This document shows, piece by piece, positions 19,447 to 28,387 of a stretch of 62,683 bases of DNA. The stretch is from Bacteroidales bacterium (GTDB lineage: Bacteria; Bacteroidota; Bacteroidia; Bacteroidales; Cfx3-03): positions 1 to 62,683 of the forward strand of contig JAHEYR010000001.1 in assembly GCA_023251485.1 (NCBI GenBank), given 5' to 3'. Within the stretch, counting starts at the first letter, position 1. The number at the start of each line of letters is the position of its first letter. The position numbers were made by a program, and so were the translations under genes. The notes beneath the pieces are model-generated. The model searched no databases and was not told where the DNA came from. It saw nothing but the letters and a program-made list of their open reading frames with translations.

Positions 19447-19645
19447 AAATTGGGTAAAAGTATTTAGTTCAGATCAGATATATCTGGTTGAAATAACTAA
19501 AAGTATTCTCGAAGATGAGAATATAGAAGCTGTTATCATCAACAAAAAAGATTCATCTTATCTTTTTGGCGAATGTGAATTGTATGTGGAAAAAGAAAAT
19601 GCGTTGATCGCCTTAAATTTAATCAGTAAAATTGAAAGTGAATAA
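19436..19645 (+). CDS. Small DUF2007-like protein (putative signal-transducing fold)
   Basis: A 69-aa ORF overlapping both neighbours (11 nt upstream, 14 nt downstream), which suggests an operon. The W.KVFSS.....EI.KSILE...I pattern resembles DUF2007. Confidence 0.5.
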   Translation: MEIENWVKVFSSDQIYLVEITKSILEDENIEAVIINKKDSSYLFGECELYVEKENALIALNLISKIESE

Positions 19646-20450
19646 TTTCGTACAACGGTCTCTTACAGGGACTGTCTTTGTTGCTGTTTTGGTAACTGCC
19701 ATCATAACCAATCAGCTTATTTTCTCCGGTCTTTTCTTTGTAATAACAATGTTGGGCTTGTTTGAGTTCTATAAATTATGGAGAAATGGCGGGAAACAAC
19801 CACAGGTTAATCTAGGAATGGCTCTGGGTGCTTTAACTTATCTCGGTTTAGCTGCTTTGTCGAATCAATTGCTCGATATGCGGTTCTTATTGCTATTGTT
19901 GCCTTTGGTGATGATTGTCTTTATGGGTGAGCTCTATCGCAATAAACTTTCTCCATTTGAAAATATTGCTTTGACATTGCTGGGGGTATTATATATTGCT
20001 GTTCCTTTTGGGCTGCTAAATTTTTTGTACCTCTCTTCAAGTAATATTTTCTACATATTGCTACTTTCTTATTTTGTCCTTTTGTGGATAAATGATACCT
20101 TCGCCTATCTTTTTGGAATGACCTTTGGAAAGCATCGTCTTTTTGAACGAATCTCTCCAAAGAAATCATGGGAAGGAAGTATTGGCGGGGGATTGACAAC
20201 TATTCTGGCAGCGTGGATTTTCTCAAGGTTTGAGGTATCGATTCCTTTTATTCATTGGGCGGTTATCGCTGCTATTATCGTAGTTACGGGTACACTTGGC
20301 GATTTAGTTGAGTCTATGATGAAACGCAGTCTTCAAATTAAAGACTCTGGCAATATCTTGCCAGGTCATGGTGGTATTCTGGATCGTTTTGATGCAGTCT
20401 TGATTTCAGCACCTATCGTATTTGTTTATGTTGAATTATTTGTAAAATAA
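19632..20450 (+). CDS. cdsA: Phosphatidate cytidylyltransferase
   Basis: Multi-TM protein with the signature SxxKRxxxxKDxGxxxPGHGGxxDRxD (SMMKRSLQIKDSGNILPGHGGILDRFD). There is no nearby in-frame ATG, so the start is TTG 19632 or GTG 19638. Confidence 0.92.
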   Translation: MKVNNFVQRSLTGTVFVAVLVTAIITNQLIFSGLFFVITMLGLFEFYKLWRNGGKQPQVNLGMALGALTYLGLAALSNQLLDMRFLLLLLPLVMIVFMGELYRNKLSPFENIALTLLGVLYIAVPFGLLNFLYLSSSNIFYILLLSYFVLLWINDTFAYLFGMTFGKHRLFERISPKKSWEGSIGGGLTTILAAWIFSRFEVSIPFIHWAVIAAIIVVTGTLGDLVESMMKRSLQIKDSGNILPGHGGILDRFDAVLISAPIVFVYVELFVK

Positions 20451-20456
20451 GAGAGA

Positions 20457-21116
20457 ATGAAAATTCATAAGGAGGGTTACCAGATTATTCTGGGTGCATT
20501 TTTTTTAACAGCTGTGATCGTCTTTTTAGCAGCACGTTTTTTGAGCGAAATACCAATATTGAGTTATAGTATTATAGCTGCTATTGTCATTTTCTTTGTC
20601 TTTATCGTACGGTTTTTTCGTTATCCGCAACGTCCAATTAGCTTTGGTGCGGACAATATTGTATGTCCTGCTGATGGTAAAGTTGTTGCGATTGAAGAGG
20701 TGGAAGAAAAAGAATACTTTAAAGATAAGCGTATTCAGGTGTCTGTTTTTATGTCGCCAAATAACGTGCATGTCAATTTCTTCCCCATAGCAGGTGTCGT
20801 GGCTTATTCAAAATATCATAAAGGGAAATATCTGGTGGCATGGCACCCTAAATCAAGCGAATTGAATGAGAGAACTACTGTTGTAGTGAAGGGAGAAAGC
20901 AAGCATGAATTATTAATGCGCCAGATCGCTGGTGCTGTGGCACGTAGGATTGTTTGTTATGCTAAAGAAAATCAGATTGCTACGCAGGGTGGTGAGATGG
21001 GTTTTATTAAATTTGGCTCCCGTGTGGATCTTTTCTTGCCGATCGGTACAAAAATTGATGTTAAAATCGGACAGATCGTCACAGGACGATCTACAGTGAT
21101 CGGTCGTTTTCAATAA
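20457..21116 (+). CDS. psd: Phosphatidylserine decarboxylase proenzyme (short type)
   Basis: N-terminal TM helices and a FGSRVD self-cleavage (G-S) motif near the C-terminus. It follows cdsA directly. Confidence 0.9.
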   Translation: MKIHKEGYQIILGAFFLTAVIVFLAARFLSEIPILSYSIIAAIVIFFVFIVRFFRYPQRPISFGADNIVCPADGKVVAIEEVEEKEYFKDKRIQVSVFMSPNNVHVNFFPIAGVVAYSKYHKGKYLVAWHPKSSELNERTTVVVKGESKHELLMRQIAGAVARRIVCYAKENQIATQGGEMGFIKFGSRVDLFLPIGTKIDVKIGQIVTGRSTVIGRFQ

Positions 21117-21212
21117 AAGAATTTTAACAATACATTAACAAGATTGAGCTGCTTTATGAGCAAGAAGGTCTGTAAATTTGTTTTAAACATTAAACCCTTA
21201 AAAAATATTAAA

Positions 21213-21449
21213 ATGAAAAAAGTATCATTATTCTTCTCTGTATTAGCTTTCGTAAGTTTTGTAGCTATCACTCCTGTTTCGGCTGCAAATCAGGATAATA
21301 AACCTAAAACAGAACAGAAAGTAGAAAAGAAAGCTTGTTGTGCTGATGCTAAAAAAGCAGCATGTTGCAAAGATTCTAAGAAAGCAGCTGATTGCAAAGG
21401 ATGCCCTAAGGCTAAAGCTGCAGCAGCTACTCCAGCTCCAAAGAAATAA
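21213..21449 (+). CDS. Small secreted Cys/Lys/Ala-rich protein (78 aa precursor)
   Basis: Signal peptide MKKVSLFFSVLAFVSFVAITPVSA. The mature part is KKACCADAKKAACCKDSKKAADCKGCPKAKAAAATPAPKK. The track ORF starts at an upstream TTG. ATG 21213 gives a clean signal peptide, and a strong terminator follows. Confidence 0.65.
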   Translation: MKKVSLFFSVLAFVSFVAITPVSAANQDNKPKTEQKVEKKACCADAKKAACCKDSKKAADCKGCPKAKAAAATPAPKK

Positions 21450-21466
21450 TTCCAAATATTTGGTGT

Positions 21467-21497
21467 AAAAAAAGCCTCCCTTTCGGAGGCTTTTTTT
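21467..21497. terminator. Bidirectional rho-independent terminator
   Basis: aaaaaaa-gcctcc-ctttc-ggaggc-ttttttt lies between convergent genes, with an A-run on one side and a T-run on the other. Confidence 0.85.
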
Positions 21498-21501
21498 ATG
21501 A

Positions 21502-22209
21502 TTAGTTTTTTATTTCCAGAAGAGATAATAATTCGGTAAGGTGAGTGACTCTATAGGTGGGGTTCTGATCAACTCGTTCTGCATTTTGAGGATCGTAGAA
21601 AACAGTATCCATTCCAACAGATGAAGCTCCTAAAATATCTACTTCAAAGTCGTCACCAATCATTATACTTTCTGTTACTTTAGCACCTGCTTTTTCTAAC
21701 GCATAGTTAAATATACGGTTGTCGGGCTTTTTACTTCCGGCTTCTTCGGAGGTGACGATACAATCAAAATATCCATTTAATCCGGCATATTCCATCTTTA
21801 CTTTTTGTATCTCTTCGAACCCGTTGGTGATGATATGCAATTGATATTTGTTTTTTAGCTGCTCAAGAACCTCAATTGTCCCCGGCATTAACATCCCTTT
21901 TCGCGGACTCAGAAAGATATACTCCTCTGAAATTTCATTGGCAAGGGTTACATTATCAATTCCGAAATCGTTTAAGGTGATGATAAAACGGGTGTCTCTG
22001 AGTTCTTCTTTGCTGATCTTATCATTTCTATATAAATCCCATAAACGATCGTTGTGTCCGGTATATGTTTTCGTAAAAGCTTCAAGAGAAGGTATTCCAT
22101 TTTGTTTAAGCGAGTACTTCGTGAAAATTTCTTTGAACGTTTCAGTAAAGTTGCTGTCAAAATCCCATAGTGTTCTATCGAGATCAAAAAATAGGTGTTT
22201 GTATTTCAT
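21502..22209 (-). CDS. HAD-IA family hydrolase (YjjG-like nucleotidase type)
   Basis: Motif I FFDLDRTLWD, motif II ITNG, and motif III/IV K..(19 aa)..GDDFEVD. Confidence 0.8.
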   Translation of the reverse strand: MKYKHLFFDLDRTLWDFDSNFTETFKEIFTKYSLKQNGIPSLEAFTKTYTGHNDRLWDLYRNDKISKEELRDTRFIITLNDFGIDNVTLANEISEEYIFLSPRKGMLMPGTIEVLEQLKNKYQLHIITNGFEEIQKVKMEYAGLNGYFDCIVTSEEAGSKKPDNRIFNYALEKAGAKVTESIMIGDDFEVDILGASSVGMDTVFYDPQNAERVDQNPTYRVTHLTELLSLLEIKN

Positions 22210-22500
22210 CAGTAAGTAATTTTTAGATTAAGGTCTGAGGGAACGCGCATATTAAATTTACATCAGTGCTTGAGTTTGTAAAACGTGCTCGTTTCATTTG
22301 TATTTGTTTTATTCTTTAGGAAGATCTCAATATCCTTGCAGGAAACAGCTTGTTGTGTAGCTAAATCGGTTGCAACGATGGATTAATTCTTCATCGTGCT
22401 AATTGTTTTGCAAAGGTAAGGTTTTGCAAATTAATATGAGATGTTAAGAAAATAACAAAATAAAAGCAAAATGATATTGACTTTTCGCAATAGATAATAT

Positions 22501-22508
22501 TATATTTG
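22501..22508 (+). promoter_or_regulatory. Bacteroidetes -7 promoter element (TAnnTTTG)
   Basis: tatatttg lies 32 nt upstream of the SPFH gene ATG in an AT-rich leader. Confidence 0.45.
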
Positions 22509-22539
22509 TGATATCATTTTAATATCAAAACAACTAATC

Positions 22540-23409
22540 ATGGAAAAAGAAATTTATCACCGTCCCCTTTCAGGTTATGTGGGGCTTTTGTTGACCTTAG
22601 CTTTATTGGGCAGTGGGGCAGGGGTGTTGTTTATAGCCAATGAAGCTGTTTTACTATCCATCCTTGGAGGTATCTTACTTATTTGTGGATTCCTTACTTT
22701 CGGGGGGTATCTCGTGATCAACCCTAATGAAGCATCCGTATTGATCCTGTTTGGTGATTATATTGGTACGGCAAATGAAAATGGGTTTTATTGGGTAAAT
22801 CCTTTTTTTGTTAAAAAGAAAATTTCATTACGTGCACGCAATCGCGATAGTGAACCCATCAAGGTGAATGATAAATTGGGCAATCCCATTATGATTGGCA
22901 TTGTGTTGGTATGGCGTGTGCAAAACACCTTCAAAGCCTCTTTTGAAGTCGATGATTATGTTCGGTTTGTAGAAATACAAAGCGAATCGGCAATCAGAAA
23001 ACTTGCCGGGCATTATGCTTATGATAACTTTGATGAAGAACAGAAAGAGATCACTTTACGTTCTGGTGGCGAAGAGGTTCATGTTCAACTTGAAACCGAA
23101 TTGTCAGAACGTCTTTTGATTGCTGGAATTGAAGTGGTTGAGGCAAGGATCACTTACTTGGCTTATGCACAAGAAATTGCCGGAGCAATGCTTCGCCGTC
23201 AACAAGCTACAGCAATTGTTGCTGCTCGCTTTAAGATTGTAGAAGGTGCAGTGTCAATGGTTGAAATGGCTTTAGATCAGTTATCTCAAAAGCACATTAT
23301 TGACCTTGATGATGAGCGTAAAGCTGCAATGGTAAGTAATATGATGGTCGTACTTTGTTCTGATAAAGATGCCAGTCCGGTCATTAATACAGGAACTTTG
23401 CAACAATAG
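22540..23409 (+). CDS. SPFH/Band-7 (stomatin/prohibitin-like) membrane protein
   Basis: Two N-terminal TM helices, then an SPFH core (VNPNEASVLILFG..) and a coiled Ala/Gln-rich region (RRQQATAIVAAR). Confidence 0.85.
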   Translation: MEKEIYHRPLSGYVGLLLTLALLGSGAGVLFIANEAVLLSILGGILLICGFLTFGGYLVINPNEASVLILFGDYIGTANENGFYWVNPFFVKKKISLRARNRDSEPIKVNDKLGNPIMIGIVLVWRVQNTFKASFEVDDYVRFVEIQSESAIRKLAGHYAYDNFDEEQKEITLRSGGEEVHVQLETELSERLLIAGIEVVEARITYLAYAQEIAGAMLRRQQATAIVAARFKIVEGAVSMVEMALDQLSQKHIIDLDDERKAAMVSNMMVVLCSDKDASPVINTGTLQQ

Positions 23410-23412
23410 ACT

Positions 23413-23601
23413 ATGCCAAAAAAATCGTTTGCTTTACGGATTGATGAAGAGGTTTTGAATGCTGTGGAGAAGTGGGCAGCCGATGAATTTCGTAGCACCA
23501 ATGGTCAACTGGAATGGATCATCTCAAGAGCATTGAAAGAAGCAGGTCGTCAACGAAAGCGGTCTAAGGGAAGTGAACCAGATGAGATAATACCGAAATA
23601 A
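23413..23601 (+). CDS. Arc/MetJ-type ribbon-helix-helix small DNA-binding protein
   Basis: A 62-aa ORF lying 3 nt after the SPFH stop. KKSFALRIDEEVLNAVEKWAADEFRSTNGQLEWIISRALKEAGR fits a beta-strand plus two-helix RHH pattern, followed by a basic tail. Confidence 0.6.
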   Translation: MPKKSFALRIDEEVLNAVEKWAADEFRSTNGQLEWIISRALKEAGRQRKRSKGSEPDEIIPK

Positions 23602-23819
23602 GCGGTTCTTTTAATTCTGTTGGGGAAATTGAAAAACATTTAGTGTTTGGAAACACGTTTATCGTCCAACACTTCATCATTTCGGTCCCTTGAGAAAAAT
23701 CAGCTTATGGTGATGACTATTAATAGATTTCTCCCAAGTGGACGAAATGACGGTTGAGGATAGAATGACAAAGCAGTCGAAATCATGATCTCGCCTGCTT
23801 TGTCATATTTAGAAAGGAT

Positions 23820-24344
23820 TTATTTCATCATATTGCTTAACCCCATGTCTTTGATTTTAGCCAGCTGGGTTAGCTCCATGATTTTTGCTTTGGGAATTTT
23901 TCCGGTAATTGAAATAAGTGAAAGTTCTTTTCCTTCTCTTACGTAGATAACAAATTCTGATATCTGATCTTCGCCTAAAGGTTTAATACAAATTCTAACG
24001 TCGGAACCTTCGCTTTTATCTGAGATATTCATTAACTCTTTGTAGCCTTCGTTGAGAATAGGGGTGACAATTTTATTAATGTCAGCTTGTTCTTCGGGTG
24101 TTAGCTTCTCACTTGAAATAATCCGCATGCTTTCAACAGCTCCCGCCAGGTTTTTCATTCCCTCGTTCTCACCATTTATCATGGTCATCATGTCTTTTGA
24201 GATATTGACAACAGTCATTTTTTTGTTCTCACTCAATTTGCTACATAGATCGGCTATTTTTGACTGAGCCTGAACGGAGCCGGCAAATAGAAATAGTGCT
24301 ACTAAAAATCCGATGGATGTAAGTTTTGTTAGGTAGGTTTTCAT
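23820..24344 (-). CDS. DUF4252-like secreted protein
   Basis: Signal peptide and the pattern ..KMTVVNISKDMMTM. It is the last gene of a sigma / anti-sigma / DUF4252 arrangement common in Bacteroidota. Confidence 0.65.
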   Translation of the reverse strand: MKTYLTKLTSIGFLVALFLFAGSVQAQSKIADLCSKLSENKKMTVVNISKDMMTMINGENEGMKNLAGAVESMRIISSEKLTPEEQADINKIVTPILNEGYKELMNISDKSEGSDVRICIKPLGEDQISEFVIYVREGKELSLISITGKIPKAKIMELTQLAKIKDMGLSNMMK

Positions 24345-24406
24345 CTTTTATAGTTTTTAAAGGGTTAGATGGTGTAATAATTTGTTTTAAAAAGAGTTTA
24401 ATTTGG

Positions 24407-25042
24407 TTACTTTAGTCGTTCTTCCTTTATAACAGGAATCGTCAGGTTGGGAAGATATTTATTCATTAAGTCGAAATATTTGAATTTCTGTAAGGCATGA
24501 TTAATATCTTCCATCTTATCGAGAGGAGCTAGCGAGTTCTTGATCGTATTATCGATATTTCTGTTTGATGTCTTCTCACTTTCGTATGCCAGTATGGTTG
24601 AAGGATGGTCCCCAACGATTGTTCGGGTGGGCTTTCCTTTCTCAGCCTCTTCTTTCTTCGGCTGTTTCTTTGTCTCTAATTTCTTTTGTGAAACAGATTT
24701 CCCATACATAGAGTCGTGCTGTTTCGTTATCACTGCCAGTGGATGTAGTTCTTTTTGTGTTGAAGGTAATTGTATCGTAAATAAAAGCAGAATAGTTGCA
24801 GCTGTAGAGAGTCCTAATCCAATGATCCACCATAACTTCTTCTGATGATGTGCTTGTTTCGAAGCTGGCATCTTTTTAGTGGATTCATTTTCAAAATAAG
24901 TAAACAAATTCTTATACGCTTTCCATTCATTCGGAAGTATAGCGGTCTTGCGAAAGAACTCTTTCAACTCCATTTCTTCACTCAATGAAGAATCTCCTTC
25001 AAAGTACTTATCGAGTAAATCCTGAATATGCTTCTTGTTCAT
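24407..25042 (-). CDS. Putative anti-sigma factor (single-pass membrane protein)
   Basis: N-terminal LLDKYFEGDSSLSEEMELKEFF, one TM helix (WWIIGLGLSTAATILLLFTI) and a Lys/Glu-rich periplasmic part. The ATG at 25042 overlaps the sigma gene by 35 nt. Confidence 0.6.
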   Translation of the reverse strand: MNKKHIQDLLDKYFEGDSSLSEEMELKEFFRKTAILPNEWKAYKNLFTYFENESTKKMPASKQAHHQKKLWWIIGLGLSTAATILLLFTIQLPSTQKELHPLAVITKQHDSMYGKSVSQKKLETKKQPKKEEAEKGKPTRTIVGDHPSTILAYESEKTSNRNIDNTIKNSLAPLDKMEDINHALQKFKYFDLMNKYLPNLTIPVIKEERLK

Positions 25043-25523
25043 GGCGTTCAAAGTTTAGTATAGCTTCTCGTACATTTTGTCGTGCCCGGCATAAAATAAC
25101 TTTTGCGTTGTTTTCACTGATGTTTAGTGTTTCAGCGATTTCAGATAGCTCGTAACCCTCCACATCACGCAAATGAATTACGGTTCTCTGTTGTTCTGCT
25201 AGATTGTTTATCGCCTGATGGATCATTTGTGATTGTTCATTTCGTTCCAGCGGATCCGTAGTCGTGGACTTTAAGCTGTTTTCGTGTTTTTGATCCAGTC
25301 TTTCGTTTTTTAACCTTGCAGATTTCAATACATCGAGACAAAGATTTCGGGTCATGGTGAAAGCAAAAGCTTCAGCACTCTTAAGTTTTGGAATCTCTTC
25401 TTTACGTTGCCATAACTTCAGCCATACATCCTGAGCAACATCAGCTGCGTCGTCACTGCTGTTGAGCAGCCGTAATGCAAGTCGATATAATTTATCGCGG
25501 AATGTATTTTGCCAGATCTCCAT
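25008..25523 (-). CDS. ECF-type RNA polymerase sigma-70 factor
   Basis: Region 2 (AADVAQDVWLKLW) and region 4 HTH (LSEIAETLNISENNAKVILCRARQ). Confidence 0.9.
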   Translation of the reverse strand: MEIWQNTFRDKLYRLALRLLNSSDDAADVAQDVWLKLWQRKEEIPKLKSAEAFAFTMTRNLCLDVLKSARLKNERLDQKHENSLKSTTTDPLERNEQSQMIHQAINNLAEQQRTVIHLRDVEGYELSEIAETLNISENNAKVILCRARQNVREAILNFERHEQEAYSGFTR

Positions 25524-25656
25524 TTTTTTTCGGTCTCTTTTTGTATGACGAATGAACTAAAAAAATATTACACTAAATTAAGCGAAATATTATCATTTAT
25601 TTTTAAATCATCATCTATTCAAGCGTAGTTGGGATAGGGAATGGTTAATTTTTCTG

Positions 25657-25664
25657 TATTTTTG
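25657..25664 (+). promoter_or_regulatory. Bacteroidetes -7 promoter element (TAnnTTTG)
   Basis: tatttttg lies 50 nt upstream of the POT transporter ATG. Confidence 0.4.
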
Positions 25665-25713
25665 CTTAAAGGAATTCGATAATCTATATAATCACTCTCA
25701 AAACAAACAACCT

Positions 25714-27372
25714 ATGTTTAAAGGACACCCTAAAGGACTTTATGTTCTGTTTTTCTCTAATATGGGCGAGCGGTTTGGTTATTATACCATGCTGGCTATA
25801 TTTACGCTCTTCCTTCAAGACCATTTTGGCTGGGATGCTACCCAAGCCTCCTGGTTATATGGCACCTTTTTAGCTGCTATTTATTTTGCTCCACTACTTG
25901 GAGGTATCATTGCTGACGCCTGGCTCGGCTATGGCAAGACTTGTACCCTTGGAATTATTATCATGGGTATTGGATATGCCTTGCTCTCGCAAACAGGCGC
26001 AAGCCCTGTTCCTATGTATGTTGCACTAGCTGTTATCGCATTAGGGGTCGGATTATTTAAAGGCAACCTCGTTGTTATCGTAGGAAATCTGTATGAAAAT
26101 TCTAAAATCGGTCATCTCCGTGATGCTGCCTTTAATATTTTCTACATGGGTATTAACATCGGGGCTATGTTCGCTCCACATGTTGCCCGTTTCCTGAAGA
26201 ATTTGATGATGGAGCGTTCCGGATTTACTTATGATTCAGCTATCCCAAAAATTGCGAATGACTTGATAGCAGGTCATACTGTGACAGCCGAAAATCTTGG
26301 TAAAATCCAAACGATGGCACATACTACCGATTCTGCCAGTCTGGTCCAATTTGCTCATAACTATGTAAATGCACTTTCACATGGATATAACTGGGGCTTT
26401 GCTGCTGCCGGTGTGTCGATGTTGATTAGTATTTTGGTCTTCTTAGCCTTTCGCAAATATTATAAAGAAGGTGACTATCTGCAGAAAGATAAAATTAAAA
26501 CCGGTGATGCTGTTGAGTTAACTCCTAAACAAACGAAAGACAGAGTCATTGCCCTTTTGCTTGTTTTTGTGATTGTTATTTTCTTTTGGATGGCATTCCA
26601 CCAAAACGGTTCAACATTAACCTTCTTTGCAAAGAATTATACCAACCTTGTGGCGAGTAAATTCACGTTCCTCCTCTTCTCTATTCCTAATTTACTGGCC
26701 ATCTTCTCCGTTATACTTGGTTTGGTAGCCGTGGTTAATAAAGAGACAAATCTGAAATTTAAACTTGCAGGTGGTGTATTTGCATTAGCCGGATTGGCCA
26801 TATTGGGCTATAATTTGAGCAACATGGGTGATAGCAATATGATTTCTCCTGAATTATTTCAGTCGTTTAATCCTATGTTTGTAGTGTTCCTCACTCCGGT
26901 TATCGTAGCCTTTTTCTTATGGCTTCATAACAAAAACACTGAGCCATCAGCGCCTAGTAAAATTGGTATCGGTATGGTTATCACTGCCATTGGATTCTCA
27001 ATCATGTTATATGCTTCATACGGCTTGCCTAGTGTGAATGAGTTAGGCGGAAATGCTGTAAGCCATGGCCTCTCGGTTAGCCCTTATTGGTTGATATCAA
27101 CCTACTTTACCCTTACTATTGCAGAACTATTTTTAAGTCCGATGGGACTATCCTTCGTCTCAAAGGTGGCACCACCTAAATTACGTGGTACTATGCAAGC
27201 CGGATGGTTATCTGCCACAGCTGTCGGAAACTATTTAGCCGGTTATATTGGACGCTTTTATGAAAACTGGCAATTATGGCAGTTCTTCTTATTGTTGGTA
27301 GTGGTAGCATTGGTTTCGGCTTCTATCATGTTCTCTATCATGCATATCATAAAACGTGCTTCCGTATCGTAA
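25714..27372 (+). CDS. POT/PTR2-family di-/tripeptide:proton symporter
   Basis: N-terminus GHPKGLYVLFFSNMGERFGYYTMLAIFTLFL is the PTR2 signature, and the protein has about 14 TM helices. Confidence 0.92.
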   Translation: MFKGHPKGLYVLFFSNMGERFGYYTMLAIFTLFLQDHFGWDATQASWLYGTFLAAIYFAPLLGGIIADAWLGYGKTCTLGIIIMGIGYALLSQTGASPVPMYVALAVIALGVGLFKGNLVVIVGNLYENSKIGHLRDAAFNIFYMGINIGAMFAPHVARFLKNLMMERSGFTYDSAIPKIANDLIAGHTVTAENLGKIQTMAHTTDSASLVQFAHNYVNALSHGYNWGFAAAGVSMLISILVFLAFRKYYKEGDYLQKDKIKTGDAVELTPKQTKDRVIALLLVFVIVIFFWMAFHQNGSTLTFFAKNYTNLVASKFTFLLFSIPNLLAIFSVILGLVAVVNKETNLKFKLAGGVFALAGLAILGYNLSNMGDSNMISPELFQSFNPMFVVFLTPVIVAFFLWLHNKNTEPSAPSKIGIGMVITAIGFSIMLYASYGLPSVNELGGNAVSHGLSVSPYWLISTYFTLTIAELFLSPMGLSFVSKVAPPKLRGTMQAGWLSATAVGNYLAGYIGRFYENWQLWQFFLLLVVVALVSASIMFSIMHIIKRASVS

Positions 27373-27393
27373 GTAACTTTTTTAATATCTTAA

Positions 27394-27422
27394 AAAGGCT
27401 GTCTCCAAAAGGCAGCCTTTTT
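27394..27422 (+). terminator. Rho-independent terminator
   Basis: aaaggctgtc / ggcagccttt forms a 10-bp stem with one G:U pair and a 7-nt loop, followed by a T-run. Confidence 0.8.
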
Positions 27423-27439
27423 ACTTTTACCTTTGCACC

Positions 27440-28387
27440 ATGGATGAACATGTTTTTCAATGGGGACATTCCCGACGATATAATTCGTATTCTGAATATT
27501 TCAAAAAAGCATTTGGTCAGCGGGTTCAAAAGGTAGCGGTAGATGCAGGGTTTACCTGTCCTAATCGCGATGGAACCAAAGGTGTTGGCGGATGTACTTA
27601 TTGTGATAACGATTCATTCAATCCTTCCTATTGTCAGCCCACCAAATCAGTCGCACAACAGATTTCCGAAGGTGTTGAGTTTCACTCCCGACGCTATAGA
27701 AGAGCCAAAGACTTTCTGGCTTATTTCCAACCGTATTCAAATACCTATGCGCCCCTTGAACAGTTGAAACAGCTTTATTCAGAAGCATTAGCTGTAGAAG
27801 GAGTTATTGGATTAGTTATCGGTACCCGTCCCGATTGTGTGAATGATGAAATACTCGATTATATAGCCACATTAAGTCAAACACATTACGTGATACTTGA
27901 ATATGGACTAGAGTCATGCTATGATACCACACTAAGAAGGATTAACAGAGGTCATTCATGGGACGAAAGTGTTTCTGCCATAGAGAAGAGCGCACAGCGA
28001 GGGATAAAGACAGGAGCACATCTGATATTTGGTTTGCCGGGCGAGTCGCGCGAAGAGATGTTGGCTGAGGCGGCAATGGTATCTGCGCTTCCACTTGATA
28101 ATATTAAGTTTCATCAGCTGCAAATCATAAAGGGAACCCGTATGGCTGAAGAATATCTCGCAACTCCTGACTCTTTTCAGCTTTTTAAAATGGAAGAGTA
28201 TCTCGATTTTATGATTCAGTTTATTGAACAGCTGAATCCTTCATTCGTAATAGAGCGATTTGCAGGAGAGGTCCCCCCCAGATTTTTGGTGAGTGCCCCA
28301 TGGTCTAATCTGCGAAATGATGAGTTTAATCGGCTACTGGAGCAAAAACTCGAAGAACGAAACACCTGGCAAGGGCGATTATATTAG
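27440..28387 (+). CDS. TIGR01212-family radical SAM protein
   Basis: FTCPNRDGTKGVGGCTYCDN cysteine cluster, and about 315 aa. Confidence 0.85.
   Translation: MDEHVFQWGHSRRYNSYSEYFKKAFGQRVQKVAVDAGFTCPNRDGTKGVGGCTYCDNDSFNPSYCQPTKSVAQQISEGVEFHSRRYRRAKDFLAYFQPYSNTYAPLEQLKQLYSEALAVEGVIGLVIGTRPDCVNDEILDYIATLSQTHYVILEYGLESCYDTTLRRINRGHSWDESVSAIEKSAQRGIKTGAHLIFGLPGESREEMLAEAAMVSALPLDNIKFHQLQIIKGTRMAEEYLATPDSFQLFKMEEYLDFMIQFIEQLNPSFVIERFAGEVPPRFLVSAPWSNLRNDEFNRLLEQKLEERNTWQGRLY

Noticed and set aside
21848-22219. 123-aa plus-strand ORF opposite the HAD hydrolase
   Set aside because: It is entirely antisense to a CDS with clear HAD motifs. It is Ser/Leu-rich with no motif.
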